From positions 569,804-633,803 of the forward strand of contig BFEA01000009.1 of the NCBI GenBank assembly GCA_003427395.1: a stretch of 64,000 bases of DNA, written 5' to 3'. This DNA comes from Chara braunii (taxonomy: Eukaryota > Plantae > Charophyceae). A program made the translations under genes and the position numbers. Below are positions 1 through 12,830 of this stretch, in pieces. The notes beneath the pieces were generated by a model. That model saw only the letters and a program-made list of their open reading frames with translations. It was not told where the DNA came from and made no database searches. Numbering within the stretch: the first letter of the stretch is position 1; every line of letters begins with the position of its first letter.

Positions 1-1297
1 GTTCTGCCAAGTGTAATCCCCTCGTTTTCAGAGGGCTAACTAACTCTAACTACTTATGAATCTGAGGTCACGGGTTCGAGTCCCGCCAGCCCTCGTGCGG
101 GGTGAAAACGGGCCGCCACAGTGCTGCTCCTTATAAAAAAAAACTAGCTCAGGATCAGACGGACTCGATCCCTGAGTCTATGGCTTGATAATTTGAACCC
201 GAACCCACTGAGCTAGCTCCTTCTTTGGATGGAAATGGAACAGCTCAGATCCATATAGGGTTATGGGACTCAGTCGAGCTCGTTTTCTAAGTTTGTGTGC
301 GTGTACACTTACCGGTCTGCCTACCTGTTCGAGTGCTTGTCGGCTTGTGTGTGTGTGTGGCCCGCAAGGGTACTTGGTCGCTCGGAAGGCCCGACGGGTG
401 GGTACTTACTTATAGCCGCGTTATTAAGGGTTGCAGTGGTGAAAACACACAAGTGGCGGGGAAAAAGACTTGCAACACTTAGCAAAAAAATACTACTCAA
501 GTATCAGGTAGGACGTTACCTTACCAATAGAGGTAGATGTGTCGGGTACTCGGGATTGAGCTGAAAAAGACAAAAGCTGGCATTTTTAGAGGCCCGGTAT
601 TGGTAGATAGGCGGGTACCAGTTCAAGTAGCCTGAGTCCGGCCCTATGCGGATGGCATCAAAGCTTTCAACGGTCTCTCCTCCTGCAAAGTGATGAAGGT
701 ACCGGTTGCTTGGGTGACTACGTAGTCAGGGAGTCGCCGCCCAAGACGCAACCTCTTTTCTACATACGGCAGGCTGAAAGGTAGCCTCAACCTTACTCAC
801 TGTATTTGAGTAAGGACAGATGTATGGATTGCCATTCCCAATTATGGTCGGCAGTATGTTTCTTTTGGCTGCCCCGACCGCATGGCCGAGGTTATATTAA
901 TTTTTCAGTCGTCTACTTTCATATACCGGTCGGTCTTGACGCCCCTGAAGTTGTTATAACTCATTTCTGCCTTACCGTCTGATCGTTTAAAGATTTTAGA
1001 TTGTGGTCGCCACATTCCGTGCGACCTTTCTTTTTTTTTCCTTCCAATCCTCCGGTCCTTGTGGTCGAAGACTTTTAATTTTTATTAACCCCTTCCGGTT
1101 GTCGTATGCGTCGTATCACTGCGTATTATCACCTAGCAACCTCGGCCTCAATGGTCGAGAAGTTTGCTTCACGGCGCTATGCCAAAACAATTATCACTTT
1201 TTACTCTAGACCGTCTCCGGTACGGTAACCGGTGTCGCCACTGTATCGAATGTAAAATCATGAGCAAATACCCTTGTAAGGGTGTTTGCTCCGACAG
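1..1297 (+). repeat. Copy 1 of a ~1.3-kb dispersed direct repeat (LTR/5'-leader-like segment of a retroelement family); runs off the window start
   Basis: Colinear with 14117-15441 from gttctgccaagtg to gctccgacag; contains the degenerate Met-PBS-like tggcatcaaagc at 653-664. Confidence 0.9.
32..94 (+). pseudogene. tRNA-derived remnant (T-arm/B-box plus acceptor-like stem), possible truncated SINE head; second copy at 14148-14210
   Basis: acggg-ttcgagt-cccgc T-arm with B-box ggttcgagtcc (73-83); agggct(32-37) pairs with agccct(88-93); D-arm missing; A-run at ~134-143. Confidence 0.5.
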
Positions 1298-4200
1298 TTT
1301 TTCTGGACCCCATTAAACGACGTCCCCGTCGCTAGGGAATCTAAATGCAAACAAAGGTCTTCTGACGCGACAAGTTGTCAAAATCCGATTTCCTTGATGA
1401 AGTTGCGGTTTGAAGACCCTCACTGTCCCCCTTGGTGCGTCCATACTGCCAAGATTTTAACCTGGGTCTCCGACATATCCAAAAATGACAATTCCCAAGA
1501 AATATTATTCCATATAAACCTGAGTGGGGATACTGGATCTGTACTACAGTTATGGAGGTCACCAAGGAAGACAATGATAACTCCTCCCCTCAACTTTAGA
1601 CTTTAATTGGCAGGATCTCGTTGGGTGCCCGAGGAGTTAGGAATCAAAATTGAATCTCACCCTTTCGACGCGGGTCTTAACCTAAGTCAGATTTTACCGT
1701 CCCACTCGAAGTCTAATGCGAGGGGATCGGCAACCTTGGCCTCAACCCACCACAGCCGGTTCATCAGACCGTAACTGCGGCCCACCGCGTTGTTATTTTA
1801 GCGATGGTTCCCGTATTGGTTACGCAATATCGGGTAAAATCCTCCTATCACTCTAGACCCGACTCCTGATCCCTCCGATGTCTACCTGAACCAATTCCAT
1901 CATTAAGGAGGCCCCTCCTCATGTTTCAGTTCTATGCCGTAATCGGAAGGCCCGCTGCCTGGTTATACTTGGTCAGGAGCCCACGCTGGGAGTTACGTCC
2001 CAACGATGCCAATTTTTCACCATAGGCTTGGTAATTTCAAGTCCCTCAGACTGATCTCCTAGAGTGGATGAACGATGATCATTTAAAATATATATGAAAA
2101 ATAATCTGACCAAAAAATTTTATCCCCTCGTCAGTTTGGATGATTGATTCTCTTTGAAAATATATATATGAAAAATTTCACCAATAAGAATAATATATCA
2201 TGATTGTCATATTGTCACTGAACGATGGGCATCGTCAGAGCCACTTAGGGGTCGTGCCTTCCAAACCTCGATCACAGGCTGGAAAGCGAACCAAATATCC
2301 ATAAAAAAAAGTATAAAAAGTATTTGTTTGACTCCTTGTCTTTTCAGAAAGCAGAAAAAACAACCATTTCATTCATAATATACATTCCCCTGTCTCACAG
2401 GGTTGCTCAAACGCATCAAAAATTTTGACTTTCGCATACCCCATTTTTATGGTTTTTTTCAAAAAAAATAACCATATAAGACAAAGCATGGAACAACTGA
2501 CCAACAATGCCAAAACACTTTCAGACCGTACGTATCACATTTCATCCTATCTTTCTTGAACACTTAGGTGTTTTTTTTAGCATCCTAACTCAAGACTTGA
2601 TAGCGCAGTTGACACACACACCCAAGATATACACTTCATCAATCAAAACCAGAAACAGGACTAACTCAAATGTGAAAGTGAAAAGTGTTCATTGTCGGCA
2701 TACCCCATAGATAGAAATCATATATGACTCAGGAGAAAACTTAATCGAATCCGTAGTGTTGAGTCAAAAACAGTCTTGAAACTCGAGTCATATGTCTTTC
2801 TTATCCTCTGTTGTTAGGGTACACATGCTGAGTAAGAAAGGTATAAAAGAGACAATAAAATCTCATGATATCTCATATATCGGAGTACATACTGTAAGAC
2901 ACCTCATCTACACTATTGACTTAAGTTCATTACTGCATCTAAGCGGGAAATAACAAATATGCCGCAGATCTTACCTCACATTCGACTACTAGCGTACAAT
3001 GTCTTATCTGAAGAAGGAAATATGTGAGGGTCCTACTATAGAACTCAAAAAGAATGAAATCAAAAGGTCGTTCATCTACTAGCTAGGCGCAATCCTTTCC
3101 TAATTCTCTTATATTAAGACTTAATTATTTAAATAGTTGAAATCTAAACCTTTCTTCGGCTTGCTTCAGCTGCCCCTAGGTCCGACTCACACAGACAAAA
3201 CGTCAAAAAAGTATCTCTTATCAGTATACAGAGTCTCTCTTCCCTACAATATTCTTCCCGAAAGGCAGTCTTCGAATCAAACCTCACTACATTGCTCATG
3301 TCCAACGTCTAAGACCATTCAAAGGTCGGTGATAATATACTGCGATAATAATGTATTCACAATTTTTGGATATTGAATATCATAAATCATCATAATGACT
3401 GGTTGCTTACAGTAATGATATGCTGTTATAGTGATAACAATATTTATTATAGTTAAGTGAATAGTATTAGAAGGAGAAAGACTAAGTTTAACTGGTATAT
3501 GCGTGCATGGTGATGACGAGAAACTTATAGTAACTGTTACGATAGACAACATTCATGTTGTAGTCAATAAGCCTCCTAACAATAAATGCTTTTAAGTATA
3601 TATATATAAAAAATGAGAGTACTACATTCTACTTCCCGGCTTCGATAGGAGTATATTGTGTCAATGAGCAGTGTAATCCCTTAAAAGGGTTAACATCTTA
3701 GACTCCCGAGCCCTGCTCAAGGATAAAGCCTCACTTCTTCACCCCCCAATTCCAATATTCATTCCTTGCAGACCCTTGTCCATTAGTAGACAACCTCACC
3801 ATACACGTTCCAGGATCCATATCCCATCTCGTGCAGATGAACCCACTTGACATAAAGATAGTTGGGGCATCACCCCCTGCTTCCTTGCGGCAGGTAGTAG
3901 TTGCCTCCTTCACAGACCATAGTCTAATCAAGGTTCAAATACTTTCCTCCTTCTTATTAGTAATATGGTCACCTCTCCTCAAAGGGTTAGGTGACAACAC
4001 CCCACTATGGACCAGGAACATAGTTCTGGCGTGGGTCTCACTCCTACTTCTGAAAACGAGTTTATAGCTCCTTCAAACTATATTTCAGAGAAAAGATAAC
4101 TTAGGATTGCAACTCCCTCAAGAGCAGATTCTACACATTGATCACTTCTCGAGATAATCTCTTCTCTCAAGAAGTTGATCATTCCATTCACCTTCGATCC

Positions 4201-5183
4201 AGCGTCGAACGTGGATTCTGCGTAGCACCTCTACTCTTTATAGGTAGAGCAATCCAACCATATATGTTTAAGTGAATAAACATAAACAGGTAGTCATATT
4301 TGATTAGTTTATAAGGAAGGATTAAGGCTTACTATTTAAAAAAAATAAACTCAGACGGGTAATTCGGCGAGCAACCATGAATAAAAATGCATCAGATAGA
4401 TAGTCTCATATGAATTAATATTAAATATGCTTGACTTAAATAAACTTGGCACGGATGAATAAATTTACATAGATAAGCTTAATAAATGGTCTTAAAAGGA
4501 AGAAACTTTAAGCGCTCAGATTCATGTAGATGATCTTGAAGTACATGAGTTATAACATATAGCCTCATATCTGAATTTTGCCAGCAAGTTAAACATAAAC
4601 TGGATGATTTAACACCAAACTCCTCACTGTCTTACTGACAACACTCAGGATTAGGAGCCTTTGACTGCCCCTTATAGATGAAATCGACCTCTAAATTCTT
4701 CCCAAGCATGGATTTAGCCCATATTGACTCTTTCCTAACACTGAACCTTTATTAAAAACCCGTAGCAAATGAGGGTCTCTACTGTCTCTACCTATATTTT
4801 AGACCCCCTAGTATCCCTAGATATGTCTTCCACTTATTAACATGTTACTAGAACTCTCCTTCCCTTCTCTTGCTGTAGCCGATCAATTGATACTTTTACT
4901 TATGAAGAGAAATTTGTGTCTATTCAAGACGAAAACCCATAGGAATCGCCTGACACCCATCTAGATTGTTTATCCCTAAGGAGGTGCTAACATCTTTCCT
5001 CAATCCCCCCTTTTTCTTCCAAGACGGATACCCCCTTCGTTATGGGCATTGTTACTGACAAGAGAAGAAGTATAGAAATCATCTAGACATATTCCCCTTC
5101 GAGGGTGTTTTTGTGTGATGACCTAGACAAGTACTAAATCATTACTTATCCTGGTCAAGCTTCGTGTTGACGGGACGACATCT

Positions 5184-5687
5184 TTAAATGATCCTTTTGT
5201 TCAATAGGTATGAAATCAGCCCGCATAATTCCATCTGATATAGGAAAAATAGTATCAGGGTGATACATAACCGATGATCCGCAGGTGCAGCCTGAGACAC
5301 TACGGGAGGGTCAGGCACATGCGGCGGTGGCGAAAGAGCAGGTTGAGGCGGCTGAGGAAGGACAGTCAACTGCTGAAGCCGACGTGCCATAGAAGAAGAG
5401 GGAGAAGTATATTCCATTGGATAAGTACGAGGAGGCAGTTCGAACCGTGGGGGCGGAGCGCCGTAATGCTGATCGTACTTATATAAATAATAAGCCATCC
5501 TTCCAGGGGACGGCGTGCGTTCTCGCAAGTCTTCTTGATGTCGACGCAATCTCACCCCTTCCCATCTCTCCTCCTCTTCCTCTTCTTCTTCTCGTTCCTC
5601 TCTTTCCCTTGTCAAATCAATAGGTTTTTCGGCAACCTTCCCTTGTCGTCCACCTCTTCCTCTTCCAGTTCCTGACCCGCGTGGCAT
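5184..5687 (-). CDS. Low-complexity ORF (RG-rich start, poly-E, P-rich) of unknown function, probably the 5' part of a decayed element-borne accessory gene
   Basis: 167-aa ATG-initiated ORF; GC-rich segment upstream (~6250-6650); no recognisable domain. Confidence 0.35.
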   Translation of the reverse strand: MPRGSGTGRGRGGRQGKVAEKPIDLTREREEREEEEEEEERWEGVRLRRHQEDLRERTPSPGRMAYYLYKYDQHYGAPPPRFELPPRTYPMEYTSPSSSMARRLQQLTVLPQPPQPALSPPPHVPDPPVVSQAAPADHRLCITLILFFLYQMELCGLISYLLNKRII

Positions 5688-8600
5688 GGCTAGAGAAAGG
5701 TATTACTCGTAGCTCCTTCCTAGCCACCTACCGATTAAGGTATCGCCTATGTATTGCGATACGTACCTTTATCAAGGAAACTCAATTTTTGTGGTGTAAT
5801 ATGATCAACTTAGCTACTTATCCAAATGATCTTAATTAAAGACTTCAGAAATGGAAGTACACGAGGTCAACGTAGAGATGAAAAATATTATGGTCGGAAG
5901 GAACCAGCGCAGTCGAAAACCTCTCGTGCAGATTTGACAAGAAATTGCCAAATCCTACTGTGTCAATCGGCTCATCCGTTATCCCTACCTACTCCGTTTT
6001 TATGAAGACTTCGCGGTCCTTAGCCGGCATTCGCACATTCCCCTCACGAACAAGCTCGGGAGCAGTTCTCTCGGAAGGTGATAGGGATGTCGTCCAAGGC
6101 TTACACAACTTTAACTAGTAGTCATCTTCTCTTAAGAGGAGCTCGCTCTTATAGACCACCAATTATCCAGAATAGCTACCCAACTAACTAGTAAAAGCCA
6201 CATGACATTCTACTATTTTGTTTTGTCGTTCTGCTAGGGTTTCAATTAACCACACCCAGGTTCGTTCACACAGGACCCCGGCAGGCAACCGAAGGTCCCC
6301 GGCAAAGACGCCATCTGTCGCGCGCGGTGGTCGCGCACCCCCCTGGGAGCACTGAACCTCACGGTCGTGTCACGTAGGATGTATTCCTAAAAAAGAACCG
6401 GTCACCACTTCGACCGTGCGCGCGTGCTATACCTCTCACGACTCCCTGCGACAGGTCGGGACGTCGTGAGGTACAACTTACCTCTACCTGAGGGGCTGTC
6501 ACCACCCTCAGGTAGGTGTATCCCTGCTGAGCTACCGGCCCACATACTAAGGCTTTTACATGCCGTTGTAGAGGTAGGTCGGCGGAGGGCGTTTGCTCGA
6601 TCGCTGTACCATAAGATGGGGTACACGCGGTAAGACGCCTAGAACTGACCCGTTGGATATTCGGGTCGAAATTTTAAAAGGCAGTTTATTTCCGCTACTG
6701 CGTCGAGTATTATTTTCTTGATAATTATCAACCAAACTGTCTTTCTACCAAAATGCGTCCTAGCTTTCTCATCAGGTTATGACTTGGTTGAACTTCAGAA
6801 TAGCATAGAAGTTAAGTTGGACATATGATGAATATGGAAGTATTATCGCCGAGAACCCTTCCCACTTTCACAAGTGCCGTGTGTCCAAGACTTTTCGACA
6901 GACCTGGTCCAGTTTAGTCCAAAATCACGCACAAAACAGACCTGCACAGAATAATGCAAAGACAGTTCACATGCCACGTACTAAGGGCGTCAACCATCAA
7001 CTATTGACCTTGTCCCTCACTTTCCAAACCATGTATGACAGCCTTATCTTTCCAGAGACGTAAACCCAACCCCCTCACATTTCTTCAAAGGACCCTTGAG
7101 AGTGACCGAGACCATTTAGGTAATGACCGCAAGTGACAGTTTTACTAACCACAGAGTTTGATTTTAGAGGTGGGTATCAAGTCAAAGGGGGAAAGTGGAA
7201 TCGGTAAGAACCGACCTGTTTTCGAGAGATAACAGAAATTTGTGTCCTTTCTGTATAACCTCTTACTTGAAATGAAGTAGATAAATAGGGATCTGCACAC
7301 ACACACGTCAACAAAGATTCAACACCCCCACTCGATTTCCCACATATTGATACCTAAGGGTCAAGCCCTTAGACAAGGGTAGTGAGCTCTGGGATCGACA
7401 TTCTAGGTCTAATCCCTTGTTTTACTCTCACAAAACTATCCTAAGTCGTCTCTCACTCTTTCCTTTCACTCAAGGAGTCTCATGCCTGTGTCCTAAGTCG
7501 TCTTTAGGGAAACTCATGTTTACCCTACTCTCAGTCCTTTCATTCTCTCTCTTGGAGATAAGTGCTTCGTTTGACGCTTATGTAGATGAGATATAACTCA
7601 TTCATCGTCGTGGCCTTTCATTCGAAAGCCGTAAACGAACACGGACCTCATGGTAACTCTTTTTCTACTAGTATTCTTTTTTCCGCGGTCCTATTATCTT
7701 TCCTTGTCCCTTTTTCAAATATGTGAAGCCCTTGCTCCAACAGGAGCATTGTTCCTTCCTTTCTCTTCTATTTGTGTTAACATACTTAAGTAGTAGGCTG
7801 ATTCAAACATGAATCTCTTGCCACTTGATCAATACCAAGCAATCTCTTAGTCGAACAGACAGGTGAGTAAGTCGCACATGAGTATTTGACCCCTTTTTAG
7901 TTCTCCTCTAACCAGAGTAGCAGGATAGCTCACACATGATCATCCTTCCTTCAACAAATAATCGGGGCTCCTACAGAAGCACCCCACTACTTGCTTTAGG
8001 TATACTCTTGGAAGATCTGGGTGTCAGTCCTTTCCCAGAGGTTAATAACGATCTGTGTGAATAATAGGCGACCCTCACAAGAGCCCCCTACTATCACGTG
8101 ATAAGGTCCTCTTCATGAGTGCATTAGGATAATCCTAACAAGGATATCGTGCTACCCTTCCGAAGCATACCATCCTGAAATCATGCTAGTTTGGACAGAA
8201 GACGAGGGTTTAAGGTATTCCTACAGGAGTACTCTTCTCGTAAGTTAATATAGAATCAAGTAGGTAATAGACAGACCCCAACATAGACCTCTCTACTATC
8301 TTCCTTGGGTAATGGGTAGTCCAACCGTCAAACAAGTAATATGATGACTCCTAAAGAAGCCTCCCTACTACCTGTCTGGTGGTCGGACTATCTAAGGGTA
8401 AGTAAGATAGGAAAGAAAGAGTAGCAATGTTATTTTCTACTCTTTGCAGGTTGTTAGTCAGCCTTATACTCAAGCGTGTGAACAGGATGACCCTCCCTGG
8501 AGCCCCCTACTGCACCTTGGATAAGTGCACAGACCGAATCTTTCTGGGCTGCTAATAAGAAAGGAAGTTAGTACCAAAATTCCCCTGAGTTTACTTCTCA

Positions 8601-8794
8601 TAGCAGCAAATCCTAGTTAATCGAGGTGGTGAGGTAGCACACACGGGAGTACCGCCACCTTCTGATTATGCCAATCGTCCCGGCGTCAAAGAGCAAGTGT
8701 CCAACCCATACATGGGTTTTCTATCGCCTTCGGAGACTAGTCCGGTAGGCTAACAGGGAGACCCGCACAAGAGCCTACCTTTATTATTTCTAAT

Positions 8795-9610
8795 GTCGGA
8801 CACCATCTCCCCTTCATGACGACAATCAATCCGGTAGATAGTAAGGTAGCTCACACATGAGTACCCAATTTAATTCATAAGTTAGTGTCAGACACTCCCT
8901 TCGACGACAATCAACTCGACAGGTAGTGAGGTAACTCACACATGAGTACCTCATTTTAATTTATAAATTAGTGTCAGACACCTCTACCCGTCACAACGAC
9001 AGCCGATTTGACAGAGAGCACTAACAGTCGATCCGCTAGAGAGCACCCAATTTAGTTCATAAGTTCTTGTCAGATACCTCTTCCCGTCACGACGACAGTC
9101 GTTACGGTAGAGAGTACCCAATTTAGTTCATAAGTTCTTGTCAGATACCTCTTCCCGTCACGACGACAGTCGTTACGGCGACAGTCGTTACGGTAGAGAG
9201 TACCCAATTTAGTTAATAAGTAATTGTCAGATACCTTTTCCCGTCACGACGATAGTCGTTCCGGTAGAGAGTACCTCATTTAGTTCATAAGTTATTGTTA
9301 GACATCCTTTCTCGTCACGACGACAGCCGATCCGGTAAGGTAGTGAGGTAACTCACACATGAATACCTAAGTTCAGTTCATAAGTCAATGTCAGATACCT
9401 CTTCCTATTACGACGACAATCGTTACGGTAGAGAGTACTGAATTTAGTTCATAGGTTATTGTCAGATACCCCTTCCCGTCACGACGACAATCGTTACGAG
9501 GGTACCTTATTATAGTTCCTAAGTTATCGTTAGATACCTCTGTTCGTCACGACGACAGTCGATCAGGCATATTGTAAGGTAACTCACACATGAGTACCTA
9601 ATTGTCAACC
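8795..9610. repeat. Tandem array of ~10 units of ~70-95 bp
   Basis: Recurring tgtcagatacctcttcccgtcacgacgacagtcgttacggtagagagtacccaatttagttcataag; long variants carry ggtaactcacacatgag. Confidence 0.92.
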
Positions 9611-10236
9611 CTTAGTTAAGTTAGAGCATACACAAGTAGTATCGCGACTCACACATGAGCCTCCATCGCCCTACTTTGTTCTTCAAGCCCAAACAACCTA
9701 CGTTCCTTCTTGGTTACTTTAGGTGCTTTTCCTTTCACCAGACATGATTCTTACTTCAATCATATATCCACTTCCCCTTTTGTTAACCTTAGTCCTGAAG
9801 AAACATAAACGGTGTATCACAAAGTCATACAGGCAGTGCAATAGAAGGGCGTAGCCTGTAAGGGTATATGGGAAAGGGATAGACGTGCGTACCTCATGGT
9901 TCAGAGTTCCTCCTGAACTCCGGCAGAGCTCCAGCAATTGCCCTGTATTCGGAGATGTATGGTCTATGCAACTGATTGCTGGTACTTAGAGTTAAAGGAG
10001 GTCAATATTATCTTAGTGAAGGCACATCATCAGCCAATCACAGTCAAAGAGATGGATACTTTGAGAGGACTAACCCAAAACAAGAACAAGGGGGAGGATG
10101 GAGGAGGCAGACACCACCACTCAGTGGCAATGTCTCTTTTCTCTCCAATGCCCCATACTCTCCTCACTCTCCAACCCCTGCTTAACATATGAAGTCTGAA
10201 AATAGCAAATAAATAATAATAATAATAATAATAATA

Positions 10237-10491
10237 CTAGGCTACCAGAGTGGCCCGGGGTCACTTGCCCGACCGAGCCAAAAATATAAAAATAAAAATA
10301 AAATATTATTTTTATTTTTAATTTTTTATTTTAATTTTGGCGAAGAATTTCGATGTGACCCTGAGGCAAAAGTTGTTCAGTTTATTTTTATGCATACCAT
10401 AGTTTTTTTTTGGATCTTTTTTTTTTTTTTGCTGGGACCTCCTTGCACGGGCCGGCCACCCGGGACCCGGGCGACCCGGCTGGTAGCCTAG
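10237..10491. mobile_element. MITE with 12-bp TIR and 8-bp TSD (hAT-like), copy 1
   Basis: ctaggctaccag...ctggtagcctag flanked by taataata on both sides; GC-rich subtermini and AT-rich core shared with 17154-17438 and 39779-40138. Confidence 0.9.
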
Positions 10492-10779
10492 TAATAATAA
10501 TAACAATAATTAATAATAACAATATATCTAGTCGATGCCTAAGACTATTTCGCAATAGACAATGGATCAAAGAAAAGTGGAGGTTATTTATCGGTGTCCC
10601 ACTTAACAGAACCCTCATCCTTTTTAAATGATACGGTTCAGTGAACTTTACATAACACCCTCAACGGCAGTTGCTGAGACACGGCGATCGAGACACTTCA
10701 CTGGACCATTCACTTGGTAGGAGCGACGGCGGTGTGCATAAACGGCAGGGACATAATCAGCAGGAGCTAATTACTCTTT

Positions 10780-11225
10780 TGCAATGAATAGGAGCGGGGA
10801 CGATATACAGTAAACCAAATTGCGAAATCACACAAATGTCCAAGTAGCCGTATACAATTAGAGAGCATAAATATACGGAGATTCCATCTAATAAAAGCAG
10901 CCTAATGAGATGGTCAGTCAATGTTCAAGTACTAAGGCCACACCAACGCAGCATTAATATTGTTCCTCCCTGCCCGGTGCCCAGAGCATCCAACCTATTC
11001 TACTCGCCTATTAACCTTGCCTATGCTCACGGAGCAAGTTCACTCCGCCTTCGAGGGCCAATATACATGTTATCAACACCAAATGCCGATCTCCCTCATG
11101 CACTACGTATGCATCTCCGATTCCCCTCATCATCCCCTGTCAACCACTCTCCGCCCCTCCTCACGAAGACTCTTTCCATCACCGTCAACTTGCCCCGCGT
11201 CCTACAACCTGCGCTAATGCAGACA
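10780..11225 (-). mobile_element. Partial LTR, family A (chromovirus-type Gypsy)
   Basis: tgcaatgaatagg...gatatacag...gaaatcacac aligns with the PBS-adjacent end of the LTR at 29346. Confidence 0.75.
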
Positions 11226-11304
11226 CCCGCATGAGGCCAGCCGCGGGGTAGGAGATATTCGAGCCAGCCGATGCATCACTCATCCTATTGATGGAAAACT
11301 CTCT

Positions 11305-11720
11305 CTCTTTATGTGTGCATCTGTTTGTTTGTGTCTGTCGGTGTCTGTCTGTCCGCTTGTCTGTCTGTCTGTCTGTTATCTCTTTTTGCAAGTCAATATC
11401 TGTCATATTTGTTTATCCATGTCTGTCTGTTAACATGTTTGTCTGTTCCCGTTTGTCTATTGCCTTGCTGTAGTATGTCTGTCGTTTGTGTGTCTGTGTC
11501 TGTACGTGTGTTTTATATTTGTCTGTCTGTTCTGCATTTCCGTCACTGTTTGTCTGGTTGCCTGTGCCTGTCTTTGTTTATGTCTTGTCTGTGTGTCAGC
11601 CATAGTCCGTTTGTTTGTCCGTCTCTTCGTCATTGTTTGTATGTTTGTCTGTCACCGACTGTCTGTCTGTTCGTGCGTGTCTGTTTCACTATCTGTTTGT
11701 ATGCCCGTGCGTGTTTATCA
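11305..11720. repeat. Degenerate (TGTC/TGTT)n low-complexity tract
   Basis: Direct inspection. Confidence 0.85.
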
Positions 11721-12259
11721 TCCCCTCTTTTCTTTTACCAGGGATGCGGCATGGTTCAGTCAGTCCCAATCCGGTCCAGCAGGTGCCATGAGGGACTATG
11801 TGCACCGTGGGCTGATGGAAGGGGTAGACCAACGAGTTACATAAGTATTAATCAAGAGGCAGCGCCCAGTCATTCATTTATTCCTGCGTGAGCCATGCGG
11901 AAGTGCTGCCGCAACGACTTGTGCGAGGTGGTCAGCAGTGAGCCCGCGGACGAAGTGGGCGAGAGGGAAGAGCTTAGCCATATCGATAGGTTAGCAGCGG
12001 CCATAGCCGTAGTTAGAGTTTAATGTGTGTGTGTTTCCTGTGTGTACAGTGTGTGTGCGTGGGGTATCCAGGTTGATCCGGAGTTGAAGTATAAAGTAAA
12101 AGGTGGTGTTGGACTCAATGAAAAGAGTTGCGATGTGTGGGTGTTCATGCATAATAGCCTATCTTTGAGCTTTGAGTTGGGCGCTATGCGCCAGTGTGAA
12201 TCCCCATCTGTTTGCATGTATGCGAAATGTAAAAGAAAACGATCCTGTCTAATAGTAAA

Positions 12260-12395
12260 ATAATAGTAATATTAGTATAAATATAATAATAATAATATAA
12301 TAATAGTAATAATAATAATAATAATAATTATAATAACAATAATAATAATATTATACCAATCAATCAATAATAATAATAAAAAAATAATAAAATAG
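12260..12395. repeat. Degenerate (AAT)n microsatellite
   Basis: Direct inspection. Confidence 0.9.
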
Positions 12396-12397
12396 AA

Positions 12398-12830
12398 TGC
12401 AAGGAAAATGAGCCATAGCGAACTGCAGAAATCAAACAGCATCATATACACAAGACCAGATAGTCGTGACCCCGAACCAACAGCAAAATTGCATCACGAG
12501 ATTCACCAAATAAGAACACTCCAAGAGTTCATAATTGACAATGCTGAAAAAGTCCCATCATCATCAACGAAGAACCAGAGTTGGTATCCTATTTGGCGCT
12601 CAGCGCCCAGACTGCATGTGGCAGATCCTATCTAGCCTATACTACGATGCCGAAAAATGATGTCAACAGCTTTCCCGAAGTACGAGCATATAGCGACCAA
12701 TGTCGCACGCTTCCAGCACCAGGTATGTCTCTCTCCTCACTCACAACCTCGTTCCCCAACACGCAGATGGCACTTGCACCCAAGACCACCACGCGCCACA
12801 TCTCCTTTCCTCTCTCTCACTCTCACACGC
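12398..12830 (-). mobile_element. Partial, diverged LTR, family A
   Basis: Starts tgcaaggaaaatgag (cf. tgcaagaaatatgag at 29346); shares tagtcgtg, ggcgc..agcgccc and caccaggta.gtctctctc landmarks in order. Confidence 0.65.

Noticed and set aside
295-564. Conserved ORF pair 295-564 and 14411-14719
   Set aside because: Similarity is explained by the DNA repeat; non-ATG starts, different stops and no domain
8795-9610. CRISPR-like array
   Set aside because: Whole units are homologous with no unique spacers, there are no cas genes, and the context is eukaryotic
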